Shown here: positions 1-7,098 of the stretch, one piece after another | How the letters are laid out: each line of letters starts with the position of its first letter | Position numbering within the stretch: the first letter of the stretch is position 1 | Assembly: GCA_946410475.1 (NCBI GenBank) | Contig: CAMKAM010000001.1 | Span: forward strand, 1-47,985 | DNA: 47,985 bases | Direction of reading: 5' to 3' | Origin: an uncultured Bacillota bacterium | GTDB taxonomy: Bacteria > Bacillota > Clostridia > Peptostreptococcales > Anaerovoracaceae | The notes under the pieces: model-generated | The model's database searches: none | What the model was told of the DNA's origin: nothing | The model's input: only the letters and a program-made list of their open reading frames with translations | Made by a program: the position numbers and the translations under genes

Positions 1-205
1 CGATCAAAAGCGGCGGCGTGACAGCATTTGAATATCCTGTCCCGAACCGCTTTTCCCACTTGAGATGGGCGTTGCCGACGCCGACAGGCGTGTCCGCCGT
101 TGTGATCTTTGCAAGCGAAGGCTCTGAGCCGAAAGCGAAACTTGCAAACAGCACTGCTATTGCAGTCAGAAGAGCTATTCGTTTACCTCTTTTTCTAAAC
201 ATCAT
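1..205 (-). CDS. Secreted protein of unknown function, first 68 codons only (open at left window edge); gene controlled by the cobalamin riboswitch
   Basis: Absent from the ORF track because it is edge-truncated. Minus-strand translation from ATG at 205: MMFRKRGKRIALLTAIAVLFASFAFGSEPSLAKITTADTPVGVGNAHLKWEKRFGTGYSNAVTPPLLI... It has a basic N-terminus, a hydrophobic core and a small-residue cleavage region, which together make a Sec signal peptide. A purine-rich SD (AAGGGAAG, revcomp of 208-215) lies just upstream. Confidence 0.6.
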   Translation of the reverse strand, partial: MMFRKRGKRIALLTAIAVLFASFAFGSEPSLAKITTADTPVGVGNAHLKWEKRFGTGYSNAVTPPLLI

Positions 206-222
206 TTCTTCCCTTTTAAACT

Positions 223-251
223 AAAAACAAAAACCGCGGCTTTTGCCGCAG
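223..251 (-). terminator. Intrinsic terminator forming the riboswitch expression platform
   Basis: Minus-strand RNA reads CUGCGGC-AAAA-GCCGCGG followed by UUUUUGUUUUU. This is a 7-bp GC-rich stem with one G.U pair. Confidence 0.75.
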
Positions 252-490
252 TCCGTATTCACTGCTCTTTTTATTATCCCAAAATACCGGGATCCTCCCG
301 TTCGCAACGGGAAACGCCTCTGCTCACCGGATACCACGCCGGGCTGAAGCACTTTCATGCAGGTCTTCCGGCTAGGCGCATCCGTCCTCTTCGCCTTCCC
401 GGTGCATTCCAGTGACATTTTGAAGAGGACTCTTCGCTTACGGCGGCGGGTCCGCGCGGGATTCTCACCCGACTTCCCTATTAACGCTGT
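223..490 (-). promoter_or_regulatory. Cobalamin (B12) riboswitch with terminator-type expression platform
   Basis: The minus-strand read carries the family signature blocks in canonical order. These are AAUAGGGAAGUCGGGUGAGAAUCCCGCGCGGACCCGCCGCCGUAAGCG (revcomp of ~435-482), GUCACUGGAAUGCACCGGGAAGGC (revcomp of 393-416) and the B12 box AGCCGGAAGACCUGC (revcomp of 359-373). A complementary GUCCUCUUC/GAAGAGGAC helix brackets the middle block. The element ends in a hairpin plus U-run just before the SD/ATG at 205. Confidence 0.88.
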
Positions 491-524
491 CGCGACATGA
501 AAGCTATGATCTCATTCCATTTTG

Positions 525-553
525 ATGATACCACCTTGATCCGGATGGTACAA
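525..553 (-). promoter_or_regulatory. Candidate sigma-A promoter driving the riboswitch transcript
   Basis: Minus strand: TTGTAC (548-553), 17-nt spacer, extended -10 TGgTATCAT (525-533). It lies ~35 nt upstream of the first riboswitch helix. Confidence 0.45.
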
Positions 554-595
554 TCGATTTATTGTAATCAAAACAATGTCATATTGTATTGCCGC

Positions 596-1339
596 TTACT
601 CCATAAGGCCGTACTTTTGGATGACCCTGTCGAGCTTCTTCAGCATCGGCCTTGCCATCAGCAGAAGGAAGATCACCGTCGCCGCGGCCAGCACCGCATC
701 AGCGATCAGTCCCGTGCCATATACAGTAAGGATCGCCGCGAGGTTCGGCCTGTCAGTAAGCGAAAATGCCGTCCAAAGATCCGTGATCGCCCCATGGAAA
801 ACGAAGCAGCTCGCCGCTCCGTATATCAGGAGCGCCGCCATCTCCTTCTTCTTCTCGAAACGCCGACCGAAAAACAGCGCGCCTGCGACCATGCCGATCA
901 GGCCCCACGCCACCATCTGGAAAACGGTCCACGGGCCCTGCCCGAAGATGAAATTCGAGACGAAGGCCGACATCGACCCGACCACGAATCCCGCCTGCGG
1001 CCCCATGGCTATGCCCGCTATGATCACAACGGCGATTATCGGCTTGAACTGCGGCAGCCAGAAGAATGCCGCCCGGCTGATCACCGCTATGCTGACCAGG
1101 ACCGCTATCAGCACGATCTTCCTGGCGTACGGCTTGTCCTTTTCGAAGCTGATATAGAACGGGACGAGCACGAACAGCATTATCAGAACGCTGCCGTAAA
1201 GGTAGCCCCTGTCTATGTCTGTCAGGACCACCCACATCATCGTGGCAACAGAAAGAGCGATGCCCGCGGCCGCGAGCGCCGTGTTGCGGATCTTCGCCTT
1301 TCTCTTTTCTGCTGTCATGGTCTGCTGCGCTTTGTCCAT
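596..1339 (-). CDS. ECF transporter substrate-capture (S) component, substrate unproven (corrinoid suspected from context)
   Basis: 247-aa polytopic membrane ORF with hydrophobic spans such as ALAAAGIALSVATMMWVVL, IVLIAVLVSIAVISRAAFFWL, IIAVVIIAGIAMGPQAGFVVG, WTVFQMVAWGLIGMVAGALFF and VLAAATVIFLLLMA. It is the last gene of the EcfT/EcfAA' operon and starts 4 nt after the ATPase stop. Size and topology fit an S component. The family call is contextual. Confidence 0.7.
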   Translation of the reverse strand: MDKAQQTMTAEKRKAKIRNTALAAAGIALSVATMMWVVLTDIDRGYLYGSVLIMLFVLVPFYISFEKDKPYARKIVLIAVLVSIAVISRAAFFWLPQFKPIIAVVIIAGIAMGPQAGFVVGSMSAFVSNFIFGQGPWTVFQMVAWGLIGMVAGALFFGRRFEKKKEMAALLIYGAASCFVFHGAITDLWTAFSLTDRPNLAAILTVYGTGLIADAVLAAATVIFLLLMARPMLKKLDRVIQKYGLME

Positions 1340-1343
1340 CAGT

Positions 1344-2972
1344 CTATCTTTCCATCGCTTTTATTTTCTCAACTATCTCCTCCGCGAACAGCGCGTCGAG
1401 GATCCCTCGGCTCATCCTGTTCGCAGCCGTCGTATAGAATTCGTTTCCGTGGAAGAACGTATTTGCCGCGCCTTCTCCGGTTATCTGTCCGTTGAAGAGC
1501 ATCGCGCACCTGTCCGCCGTCCTCGCGCAAAAGTCGACGTCGTGCGTCGTAACGACAACTGTCCCGCCGTCCTTTACGAAACTGCGGAGCGCGTTTCCGA
1601 TTATCTCTTTGAATCCTTCATCGAGACCCTTCGTGGGCTCATCGAGGAGTATCACATCAGCGCCCGAAAGAAGCACCTTCGCTAGCGCAGCCCTCTGCTG
1701 CTCACCGCCCGAAAGATCGAACGGATGTGATGTAAGCAGAGGCGCAAGCTGCAGCAGATCTGTTACGCGGCTTAGCTCCTCTTCATTCGTCGCTATCATA
1801 CGGAGGTCAGCCTCCAGTGTATCTTCCGTGAACAGGAGCTGCGGATTTTGAGTCAGCATGCTGACCGGACCTCCGCTGCGCACGACCTTTCCGCGGTAAG
1901 GCTTCGCGCCTCCTGCCATCAATGTCATCAGCGTGGACTTGCCCGCTCCGTTTCCTCCGACCAGCGCGAGGATCTCGCCCTTCCGCACCGTGAGGGAAAG
2001 ACCTTTCAGCACATCGTCCAAGTCCCTTTCGTATCTCATCCACGCGCCCTTTACTTCTATCACGCTCTCCGCCGCCGTCTCCTTCTTCTCAACGGGGCTT
2101 ACTGCATCGCTCACAGTTTCCTTCGCTTCCGCGCCGGAGCAGACATCCATCAGCCATCTCCTGCCTGATGCAACGTCGAGCGGGGCTTCTTTGCTTACCA
2201 AAACACCAGAGACCCCGGCGTATGCCCTCAGCGGCGCCGGCATCGCCTTTGCCATCGGCTCATCTCCCGCGATCAGTGACAGACCGACCTCCGCCGGACT
2301 TCCGTCCGCCGTCAGCCTTCCTTCGTCCATTACAAGGACTCTGTCCGAGAGCGGCAGCACCTCGTCCAGACGATGCTCGCAGATGATTATAGTCGTTCCT
2401 ATCTCCCGGCAGATTCGGCTTACTGTCGACAGGAAGTCCACGGCAGCCACCGGGTCGAGGGAAGCCGTCGGCTCGTCGAGCAGCAGGATGTCCGGCTGCA
2501 TCACCATTATCGCAGCCAGATTCAGCATCTGCTTCTGGCCGCCGGACAGACTGTCCGTATCGCGCTCGAACCAGTTGTGTATGCCGAAGAACGTCGCCAT
2601 CTCCGCCACCCTGACTCTTATCGTCTCGGGATCCATCCCTATGTTTTCAGGACCGAATGCAAGCTCGTGCCACACCTTGTCAGTCACGATCTGGTTGTCC
2701 GGATTCTGCATGACGTATCCTATCCTCGCTGCGCCTTCTCTGTCAGTCAGCTCGTCCATGTCTTTTCCGAATATCAGAACGCTTCCTGTTTTTTCCCCAT
2801 GAGGCGCGAGCACCGGTTTGAGCGACCTCATCAGAGTCGATTTCCCTGAGCCCGTCCTGCCGCAAAGGCACACGAACTGACCGGCTTCGATACTGAACGA
2901 AATGTCGCTTAACGCTTTTGCCGTCCTTCCCGGATATGTAAAAGTCAGATCTTTGACACTGATCGATTCCAT
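1344..2972 (-). CDS. ECF transporter ATPase, fused double ABC cassette (EcfA-EcfA')
   Basis: 542 aa. Walker A motifs GRTGSGKST and GGNGAGKST, ABC signatures LSGGQKQ and LSGGEQQ, Walker B motifs ILLLDEPT and VILLDEPT. Confidence 0.92.
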   Translation of the reverse strand: MESISVKDLTFTYPGRTAKALSDISFSIEAGQFVCLCGRTGSGKSTLMRSLKPVLAPHGEKTGSVLIFGKDMDELTDREGAARIGYVMQNPDNQIVTDKVWHELAFGPENIGMDPETIRVRVAEMATFFGIHNWFERDTDSLSGGQKQMLNLAAIMVMQPDILLLDEPTASLDPVAAVDFLSTVSRICREIGTTIIICEHRLDEVLPLSDRVLVMDEGRLTADGSPAEVGLSLIAGDEPMAKAMPAPLRAYAGVSGVLVSKEAPLDVASGRRWLMDVCSGAEAKETVSDAVSPVEKKETAAESVIEVKGAWMRYERDLDDVLKGLSLTVRKGEILALVGGNGAGKSTLMTLMAGGAKPYRGKVVRSGGPVSMLTQNPQLLFTEDTLEADLRMIATNEEELSRVTDLLQLAPLLTSHPFDLSGGEQQRAALAKVLLSGADVILLDEPTKGLDEGFKEIIGNALRSFVKDGGTVVVTTHDVDFCARTADRCAMLFNGQITGEGAANTFFHGNEFYTTAANRMSRGILDALFAEEIVEKIKAMER

Positions 2973-3862
2973 CTTATGTCCTCCCAGGTCTCTATGATGA
3001 ACGGCACTGCATAGAACAGCGCCATCGCTATGCTAAGAACTCCTGCCTCCGCCCGGCTGCCGGTCATGATCTGCGGGTAAGCATAAAACATCCATCCACC
3101 GGCTGCTTTCTCTGCGAACATCCAGACCGCGATAGCTGTCATTATTACCGCTGCCGCTATATCCGCGCCGCAGAAAGCATATTTCCTGTACATCGTCCTT
3201 CCGGCCAGACCGTAGCCTCTGGCCCTCATGGAGTCTGCCGTATCTATCGAATTCTCCAGCGCCCATGTCGTGAGCACCGACATGACGCGCATCCCTTTTC
3301 TGACTTTACTCTTCCTGTTCTCCGGAGCAGTCTCTCCCCCGGCACAAAGAAGATCCTGTGCTGCCGCTATCTTGCCCGCATGGCTCTTCGCCCGGGGCAG
3401 GAAGCGAAGTATCATCGAAAATACAAGACTTGTCGACGGAGCTGCCTTCCCGAATACCGCCATGAACCTGTCGCTCGTCATTATCTGAGAATAGCAGTAC
3501 GACCACATTATCACCGCGCCTATCATCATAGCAGTGCATGCTCCGTAAACGAGCGCCTCCACCGTCACCGGGCCCTCGCCGAGATAGAACATCACGGTCA
3601 GCCCCTTGTGAACGAACAGCGGATTCAGTATGACGCTGATGATCATGATAACAAAAGGAAAGGCAAAGAAATATTTCAAAGCCTTTTTTCCCGCGAACTT
3701 TACCGCTGTGATGATGCTCATCACAAGAGATACCGCCAGCGCTGCCGGATGGAAGACCACCACGGTCATCGCTATGGCAAATATGAAGAAAATGAAATTG
3801 ACCACAGGGTGGAATTTAGTGAATGCCGAACCGTTCATATCTTCTCCGCGCTCCGGCCTCAT
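2945..3862 (-). CDS. ecfT: ECF transporter transmembrane (T) component, EcfT/CbiQ family
   Basis: 305-aa polytopic membrane protein with the T-component Ala-Arg-Gly motif (SMRARGYG). Its start makes an ATGA overlap with the upstream lipoprotein gene, and its end overlaps the ATPase gene by 28 nt. An alternative start is M9 (3838). Confidence 0.85.
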   Translation of the reverse strand: MRPERGEDMNGSAFTKFHPVVNFIFFIFAIAMTVVVFHPAALAVSLVMSIITAVKFAGKKALKYFFAFPFVIMIISVILNPLFVHKGLTVMFYLGEGPVTVEALVYGACTAMMIGAVIMWSYCYSQIMTSDRFMAVFGKAAPSTSLVFSMILRFLPRAKSHAGKIAAAQDLLCAGGETAPENRKSKVRKGMRVMSVLTTWALENSIDTADSMRARGYGLAGRTMYRKYAFCGADIAAAVIMTAIAVWMFAEKAAGGWMFYAYPQIMTGSRAEAGVLSIAMALFYAVPFIIETWEDIRWNRSVSKI

Positions 3863-4698
3863 GCCTCAAGAACATATACCCATTCGATGACATCGCCGTC
3901 GCTGACCCCGACGTCGCCCGCGCTGTCATTTGGGTAAGACCCATTGACTTTATATTTCCAGCCGCTCTCTCCTCCGGCGGCTTTTTCATACAATCCTCCT
4001 ATGCCTGCGACATAGATCCCAAGCCCGGTATTCTCCGCAGCGACCACTATTCCTCTCTGGTCGCATGCCCTTTTCAGGACATCGTAGACCGAGTCGCCGC
4101 TTCGTATCTCTACAGTCATGTTCGACAGCAGAACGCCGCTTGACGGAACGTTTGCTTTCGTTGCTCTGTCGATATCGTTGTTGCCCACCAGCTTGTGACA
4201 CGTTATCGATATCGAACAGGTCGCCTTATGCTTTTGCTGCCCGGAAGAAGACGATCCTCCCGAGCCGCCTCCGCCGGAGCTTGCCGAACTGCTCTTGCCG
4301 CTGCTCTTACCTGAGCCCGATTTCGAGTTTCCTGATGACTTGCTGCCGGAAGACTTCTTCCCGGAGCTGCTTCCCGAAGAATTCTTTTCCGATGCCTGCG
4401 AAGAAGATCCTTTGCTGCTTTCTTCCGAGCTCTTTGCTTCTTCGCTCTTTTTCTCAGCTTCCTTCTTTTTCTTCTTTGCTGCCTCTCTCTTGGCTGCCCG
4501 TTCCTTGGCCGCCTTTATCTTTTTCTCTCTTTCCGCCTTCCTCGCCGCGGCGCCGTTATCCTGCGCTGCACTGATCTGCGAAGGATCGTCCGGCCCTCCG
4601 CCTGCCCCGCATCCCGCAAGGCATCCGCATACCAAAAGGCCGATCAGAAGAACGGCTATCAGAGATCTTGTTTTTTTGTGTTTTCTGACACTTTTCAT
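3859..4698 (-). CDS. Lipoprotein with a long low-complexity tether and a C-terminal DUF4430 (transcobalamin-like C-terminal) domain
   Basis: I moved the start to ATG 4698. MKSVRKHKKTRSLIAVLLIGLLVCGCLAGC is a lipoprotein signal peptide with an L-A-G-C lipobox. About 130 aa of K/E/A-rich then S/G/K-rich low complexity follow. The C-terminal ~100 aa (...GDSVYDVLKRACDQRGIVVAAENTGLGIYVAGIGGLYEKAAGGESGWKYKVNGSYPNDSAGDVGVSDGDVIEWVY) fits my recollection of the DUF4430 pattern (GWxYxVNG...DGDxIxW). Confidence 0.78.
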   Translation of the reverse strand: MKSVRKHKKTRSLIAVLLIGLLVCGCLAGCGAGGGPDDPSQISAAQDNGAAARKAEREKKIKAAKERAAKREAAKKKKKEAEKKSEEAKSSEESSKGSSSQASEKNSSGSSSGKKSSGSKSSGNSKSGSGKSSGKSSSASSGGGGSGGSSSSGQQKHKATCSISITCHKLVGNNDIDRATKANVPSSGVLLSNMTVEIRSGDSVYDVLKRACDQRGIVVAAENTGLGIYVAGIGGLYEKAAGGESGWKYKVNGSYPNDSAGDVGVSDGDVIEWVYVLEA

Positions 4699-4700
4699 GT

Positions 4701-4745
4701 AAACAATATAAGACCCGCCTTTTTCGTTGTCAAGCAAGGCGGGTC
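4701..4745 (-). terminator. Hairpin/terminator between the metalloregulator gene and the ECF operon
   Basis: Minus-strand RNA reads GACCCGCC-(18-nt loop)-GGCGGGUC followed by UUAUAUUGUUU. The loop is long, so termination may be partial. Confidence 0.45.
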
Positions 4746-4766
4746 GTCGGAAACATCCACTCAAAT

Positions 4767-5132
4767 CTATTTTACGAACTGCTCGATCGCTTTTTTCAGA
4801 TCCTCGATCGGCTGCTGGTCGTTGCTCTGCACGGCTTCGACTATACAGGTCTCTATGTGGTCTTCGAGGATCAGCTTTCCCGCGTTGTTCAGAGCCGCGA
4901 TCACGGCAGACAGCTGGATGAGGACCTCACTGCAGTCCCTTCCGTTCTCTACCATCCTCTTCACCGACTGGAGATGTCCTGTCGCCTTTGCCAAACGGTT
5001 CACGACCATCTGGGAATGGGGGTGCTCGTGGCCGTGGCCGTGCGCATGCGCATGGTCATGATCGTGCCCATGTTCGTGTGTGTGCTCATGAGTGTGTTCA
5101 TGCATATGCTCGTGTTCATGATTATCAGACAT
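4767..5132 (-). CDS. CsoR/RcnR/FrmR-family (DUF156) metal-sensing repressor with an N-terminal alternating poly-His tail
   Basis: 121 aa. Residues 5-39 are strictly alternating His-x (HEHEHMHEHTHEHTHEHGHDHDHAHAHGHGHEHPH, 18 His). The core RLAKATGHLQSVKRMVENGRDCSEVLIQLSAV...LILEDHIETCI gives Cys67/His92/Cys96. That is the C-x25-H-x3-C spacing of the CsoR x-C-H-C fingerprint. An AGGGGAAG SD lies 8 nt upstream. Confidence 0.85.
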   Translation of the reverse strand: MSDNHEHEHMHEHTHEHTHEHGHDHDHAHAHGHGHEHPHSQMVVNRLAKATGHLQSVKRMVENGRDCSEVLIQLSAVIAALNNAGKLILEDHIETCIVEAVQSNDQQPIEDLKKAIEQFVK

Positions 5133-5166
5133 GGTTGGCTTCCCCTTTCCTCTTTTTCCTACGTCG

Positions 5167-5195
5167 ATTCTATCATTAAAAGTCTATCAAATCAA
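5167..5195 (-). promoter_or_regulatory. Candidate sigma-A promoter of the CsoR-family gene
   Basis: Minus strand: TTGATT (5190-5195), 17-nt spacer, extended -10 TGaTAGAAT (5167-5175). Confidence 0.5.
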
Positions 5196-5207
5196 AGCTC
5201 TTCGGTT

Positions 5208-5226
5208 AAGCCCCCCTGGGGGACTT
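5208..5226. promoter_or_regulatory. G/C-tract inverted repeat, candidate CsoR/RcnR-type operator
   Basis: AAGCCCCCC-T-GGGGGACTT. Arms AAGyCCCCC/GGGGGrCTT match at 8 of 9 positions. It lies 12 bp upstream of the -35. CsoR/RcnR-family operators are typically G/C tracts flanked by AT-containing inverted repeats. Confidence 0.45.
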
Positions 5227-5267
5227 TGCTCCTTCCCCCTGCTGCCTTCCGGGAAACAGTGCTATAT

Positions 5268-5304
5268 CCGCAAAAAAAGAAAAACGTATGGGGGTTCCCC
5301 ATAC
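5268..5304 (-). terminator. Intrinsic terminator after the nhaC/small-ORF unit
   Basis: Minus-strand RNA reads GUAUGGGG-AA-CCCCAUAC followed by GUUUUUCUUUUUUU. Confidence 0.85.
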
Positions 5305-5328
5305 AGACTTTCCTTTTCTTTGTCCGGA

Positions 5329-5490
5329 TCAATATCTTCTGTCGTAGCTGGCGAAGAACGCCTCGATCTCGAATGAATCCAGATCTTCATCACTCCATTC
5401 CTCGAACTCTATAGTTCCCGGCGCGATGCCGTGCAGTAACAATATGTTCTCTATATCCTCGATGATCTCATCTCTTTCTTCTAATGTCAT
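5329..5490 (-). CDS. Small acidic protein (53 aa), translationally coupled to nhaC; unknown function
   Basis: Below the ORF-track size cutoff. The ATG at 5490 overlaps the nhaC TGA (ATGA). Translation: MTLEERDEIIEDIENILLLHGIAPGTIEFEEWSDEDLDSFEIEAFFASYDRRY. A strong terminator follows 25 nt later. I recognised no family. Confidence 0.4.
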   Translation of the reverse strand: MTLEERDEIIEDIENILLLHGIAPGTIEFEEWSDEDLDSFEIEAFFASYDRRY

Positions 5491-6890
5491 GCCGCAGCTC
5501 CTTCATGTAATCTCAGTTTTCCAAATATTTTACCTCGAGCATTATACCACAAACTTGCTTTTCCTTCAAAACGATGTGAGAGAATATAGTAGATCGGCAG
5601 GACGTACACGAAGAACGAAAACGCGAGAGCCGCGCTTCCCGTGCCGAGCACCGAGAAAGCCGCCATACAGGCCGAGCTCCAAGGCGCCCATGTGGCCGAC
5701 AGGACAGTCGTGTTCTCGATGTCTATCGCCATCTCCTCCATACCGCCTTTTCTCCTGTAAGCGCTCTTCAGTATCATGCCGTTCATCAGTATCGCCACGC
5801 TCTGGCTGCAGAACATTCCCGAAAACAGCGTTCCTGTAAGCAGAGTCATCTCGGCTCGTCCGAACTTCTCGCAGCCTGCCGCCGCGAGCCTTACGACATC
5901 CCTGAACATATGGGTCTGCTTGATTATCTCCGAGTAAGCACATGATATCGCGATCATAGCGCTCACCTTTGCCATCGAAACTACGCCGCCGCCTGCGAAA
6001 ATCGCTGCCAAGGCTTCGCTGTCGGGAGAATATCCCAGCACGAGCGCTCTCAAAAGATCCGTGATCTGCGCGCCCTGCACCGTCACTGCAAGGATCACAG
6101 CTATCACCGTACTGATGATAGCGACTACCCTGACCTTCACTTTGAACAGCGGCAGCACTATCATCACCAGTACCGGAACAAGAAGGAGTGGCGTGAACCT
6201 GAAGTTCTCGACCATCAACCTGTCTATCTCCGGGTCGACGCTCCCGAGCGGGTTCCTTACGGAAAGGACCGCGTAGAGTCCTATCGTTATCATCATAGGC
6301 ACGATCATGGTCCGTGCCATCTTTTTCATATTTTCATATACTTCAGTGTTAGTGATGAACGCCGTCAGGTTCGCGCTCGACGAGACCGGAGAGAACCTGT
6401 CTCCGAAATAGCCGCCTGAAAGAACGGCACCTGCCGTCATAACTATGCTCACGTCTCCTGCCTTTGCTATAGTCACAAGGATGATCCCTATCGTTCCGGC
6501 GACGCCGAAACACGATCCCATGGCGTAAGCGAATACGCAGCAAAGAAGGAACGCTATCAGAAGGAACATATTCGGAGTGATCAGGGCGATCCCGTAATGG
6601 ACGAACATCGCGATCGTTCCGCTTACTCTCCATGCAGCGGATATCATCCCTATAAGCAAAAGTGTGATAACGACCAGCATCGATTCCTGAAAACCCTTGC
6701 CGGCCATTTTAGCAACGCTTTTTACACCGAAGCCCATCTTCAGGGCGACTGCGCTGTAGCAGAAGAAACCGGCGATGAGCGGCAGTACGAGACTGATGCC
6801 TGTAAGCGCGCATGTCATCATGACCGAGATGAACACTGCCGATGCTATCAGCACGTCTTTATTTGTCTTTATCCTAGCCGCCATCACCAT
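5487..6890 (-). CDS. nhaC: Na+/H+ antiporter, NhaC family
   Basis: 467-aa polytopic membrane protein. It carries the NhaC-type motif GGYFGDRFSPVSSSANL (compare GAxFGDKxSPLSDTTNL). The SD (AAAGGA) spacing favours the third codon ATG at 6884 as the true start. Confidence 0.82.
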   Translation of the reverse strand: MVMAARIKTNKDVLIASAVFISVMMTCALTGISLVLPLIAGFFCYSAVALKMGFGVKSVAKMAGKGFQESMLVVITLLLIGMISAAWRVSGTIAMFVHYGIALITPNMFLLIAFLLCCVFAYAMGSCFGVAGTIGIILVTIAKAGDVSIVMTAGAVLSGGYFGDRFSPVSSSANLTAFITNTEVYENMKKMARTMIVPMMITIGLYAVLSVRNPLGSVDPEIDRLMVENFRFTPLLLVPVLVMIVLPLFKVKVRVVAIISTVIAVILAVTVQGAQITDLLRALVLGYSPDSEALAAIFAGGGVVSMAKVSAMIAISCAYSEIIKQTHMFRDVVRLAAAGCEKFGRAEMTLLTGTLFSGMFCSQSVAILMNGMILKSAYRRKGGMEEMAIDIENTTVLSATWAPWSSACMAAFSVLGTGSAALAFSFFVYVLPIYYILSHRFEGKASLWYNARGKIFGKLRLHEGAAA

Positions 6891-6937
6891 TATCCTTTCT
6901 TCCGCATTTCGATTTCTTATTCGCGAACTGCTGTCGC

Positions 6938-6966
6938 TTGACTCTTCTTTCCTGCAATGCTATCAT
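6938..6966 (+). promoter_or_regulatory. Candidate promoter of the LysR-family gene
   Basis: TTGACT (6938-6943), 17-nt spacer, TATCAT (6961-6966). Confidence 0.35.
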
Positions 6967-6985
6967 CGGCATATATATTTGTAAA
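6957..6985 (-). promoter_or_regulatory. Candidate nhaC promoter
   Basis: Minus strand: TTTACA (6980-6985), 17-nt spacer, extended -10 TGaTAGCAT (6957-6965). It overlaps back-to-back with the lysR promoter candidate. Confidence 0.35.
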
Positions 6986-7007
6986 ACAAATAGATTAAAT
7001 GTTATCC

Positions 7008-7022
7008 ATTGATAAAATCAAT
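7008..7022. promoter_or_regulatory. LysR-type T-N11-A palindrome (candidate regulator binding site)
   Basis: ATTGAT-AAA-ATCAAT is a perfect 6-bp-arm palindrome containing T-N11-A. It is centred about 65 bp upstream of the inferred nhaC transcription start, the classical LysR recognition-site position. Confidence 0.35.
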
Positions 7023-7098
7023 ATAGAGTCCGTGTTTTACCCTTTTGCTCAAAAATGCACTCATGTCAGAACTAAAACCTGTTCGGAGGAAATAACTA

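Noticed and set aside
4701-4745. Shared ATATAAGACCCGC string at two minus-strand terminator-like hairpins (4705-4719 and about 8739-8751), which might indicate a dispersed repeat element.
   Set aside because: Only about 13 nt are shared and the rest of the hairpins differ. That is consistent with convergent terminator composition rather than a REP or MITE-type element.
5228-5268. Possible second, degenerate cobalamin riboswitch upstream of the CsoR-like gene. The minus strand reads GCACUGUUUCCCGGAAGGCAGC, reminiscent of GCCACUG...GGGAAGGC.
   Set aside because: No GGUGxxAAxUCC block, no B12 box and no closing helices are present. The 5' flank is already taken up by the terminator at 5268-5304. 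The resemblance is limited to about 20 nt.
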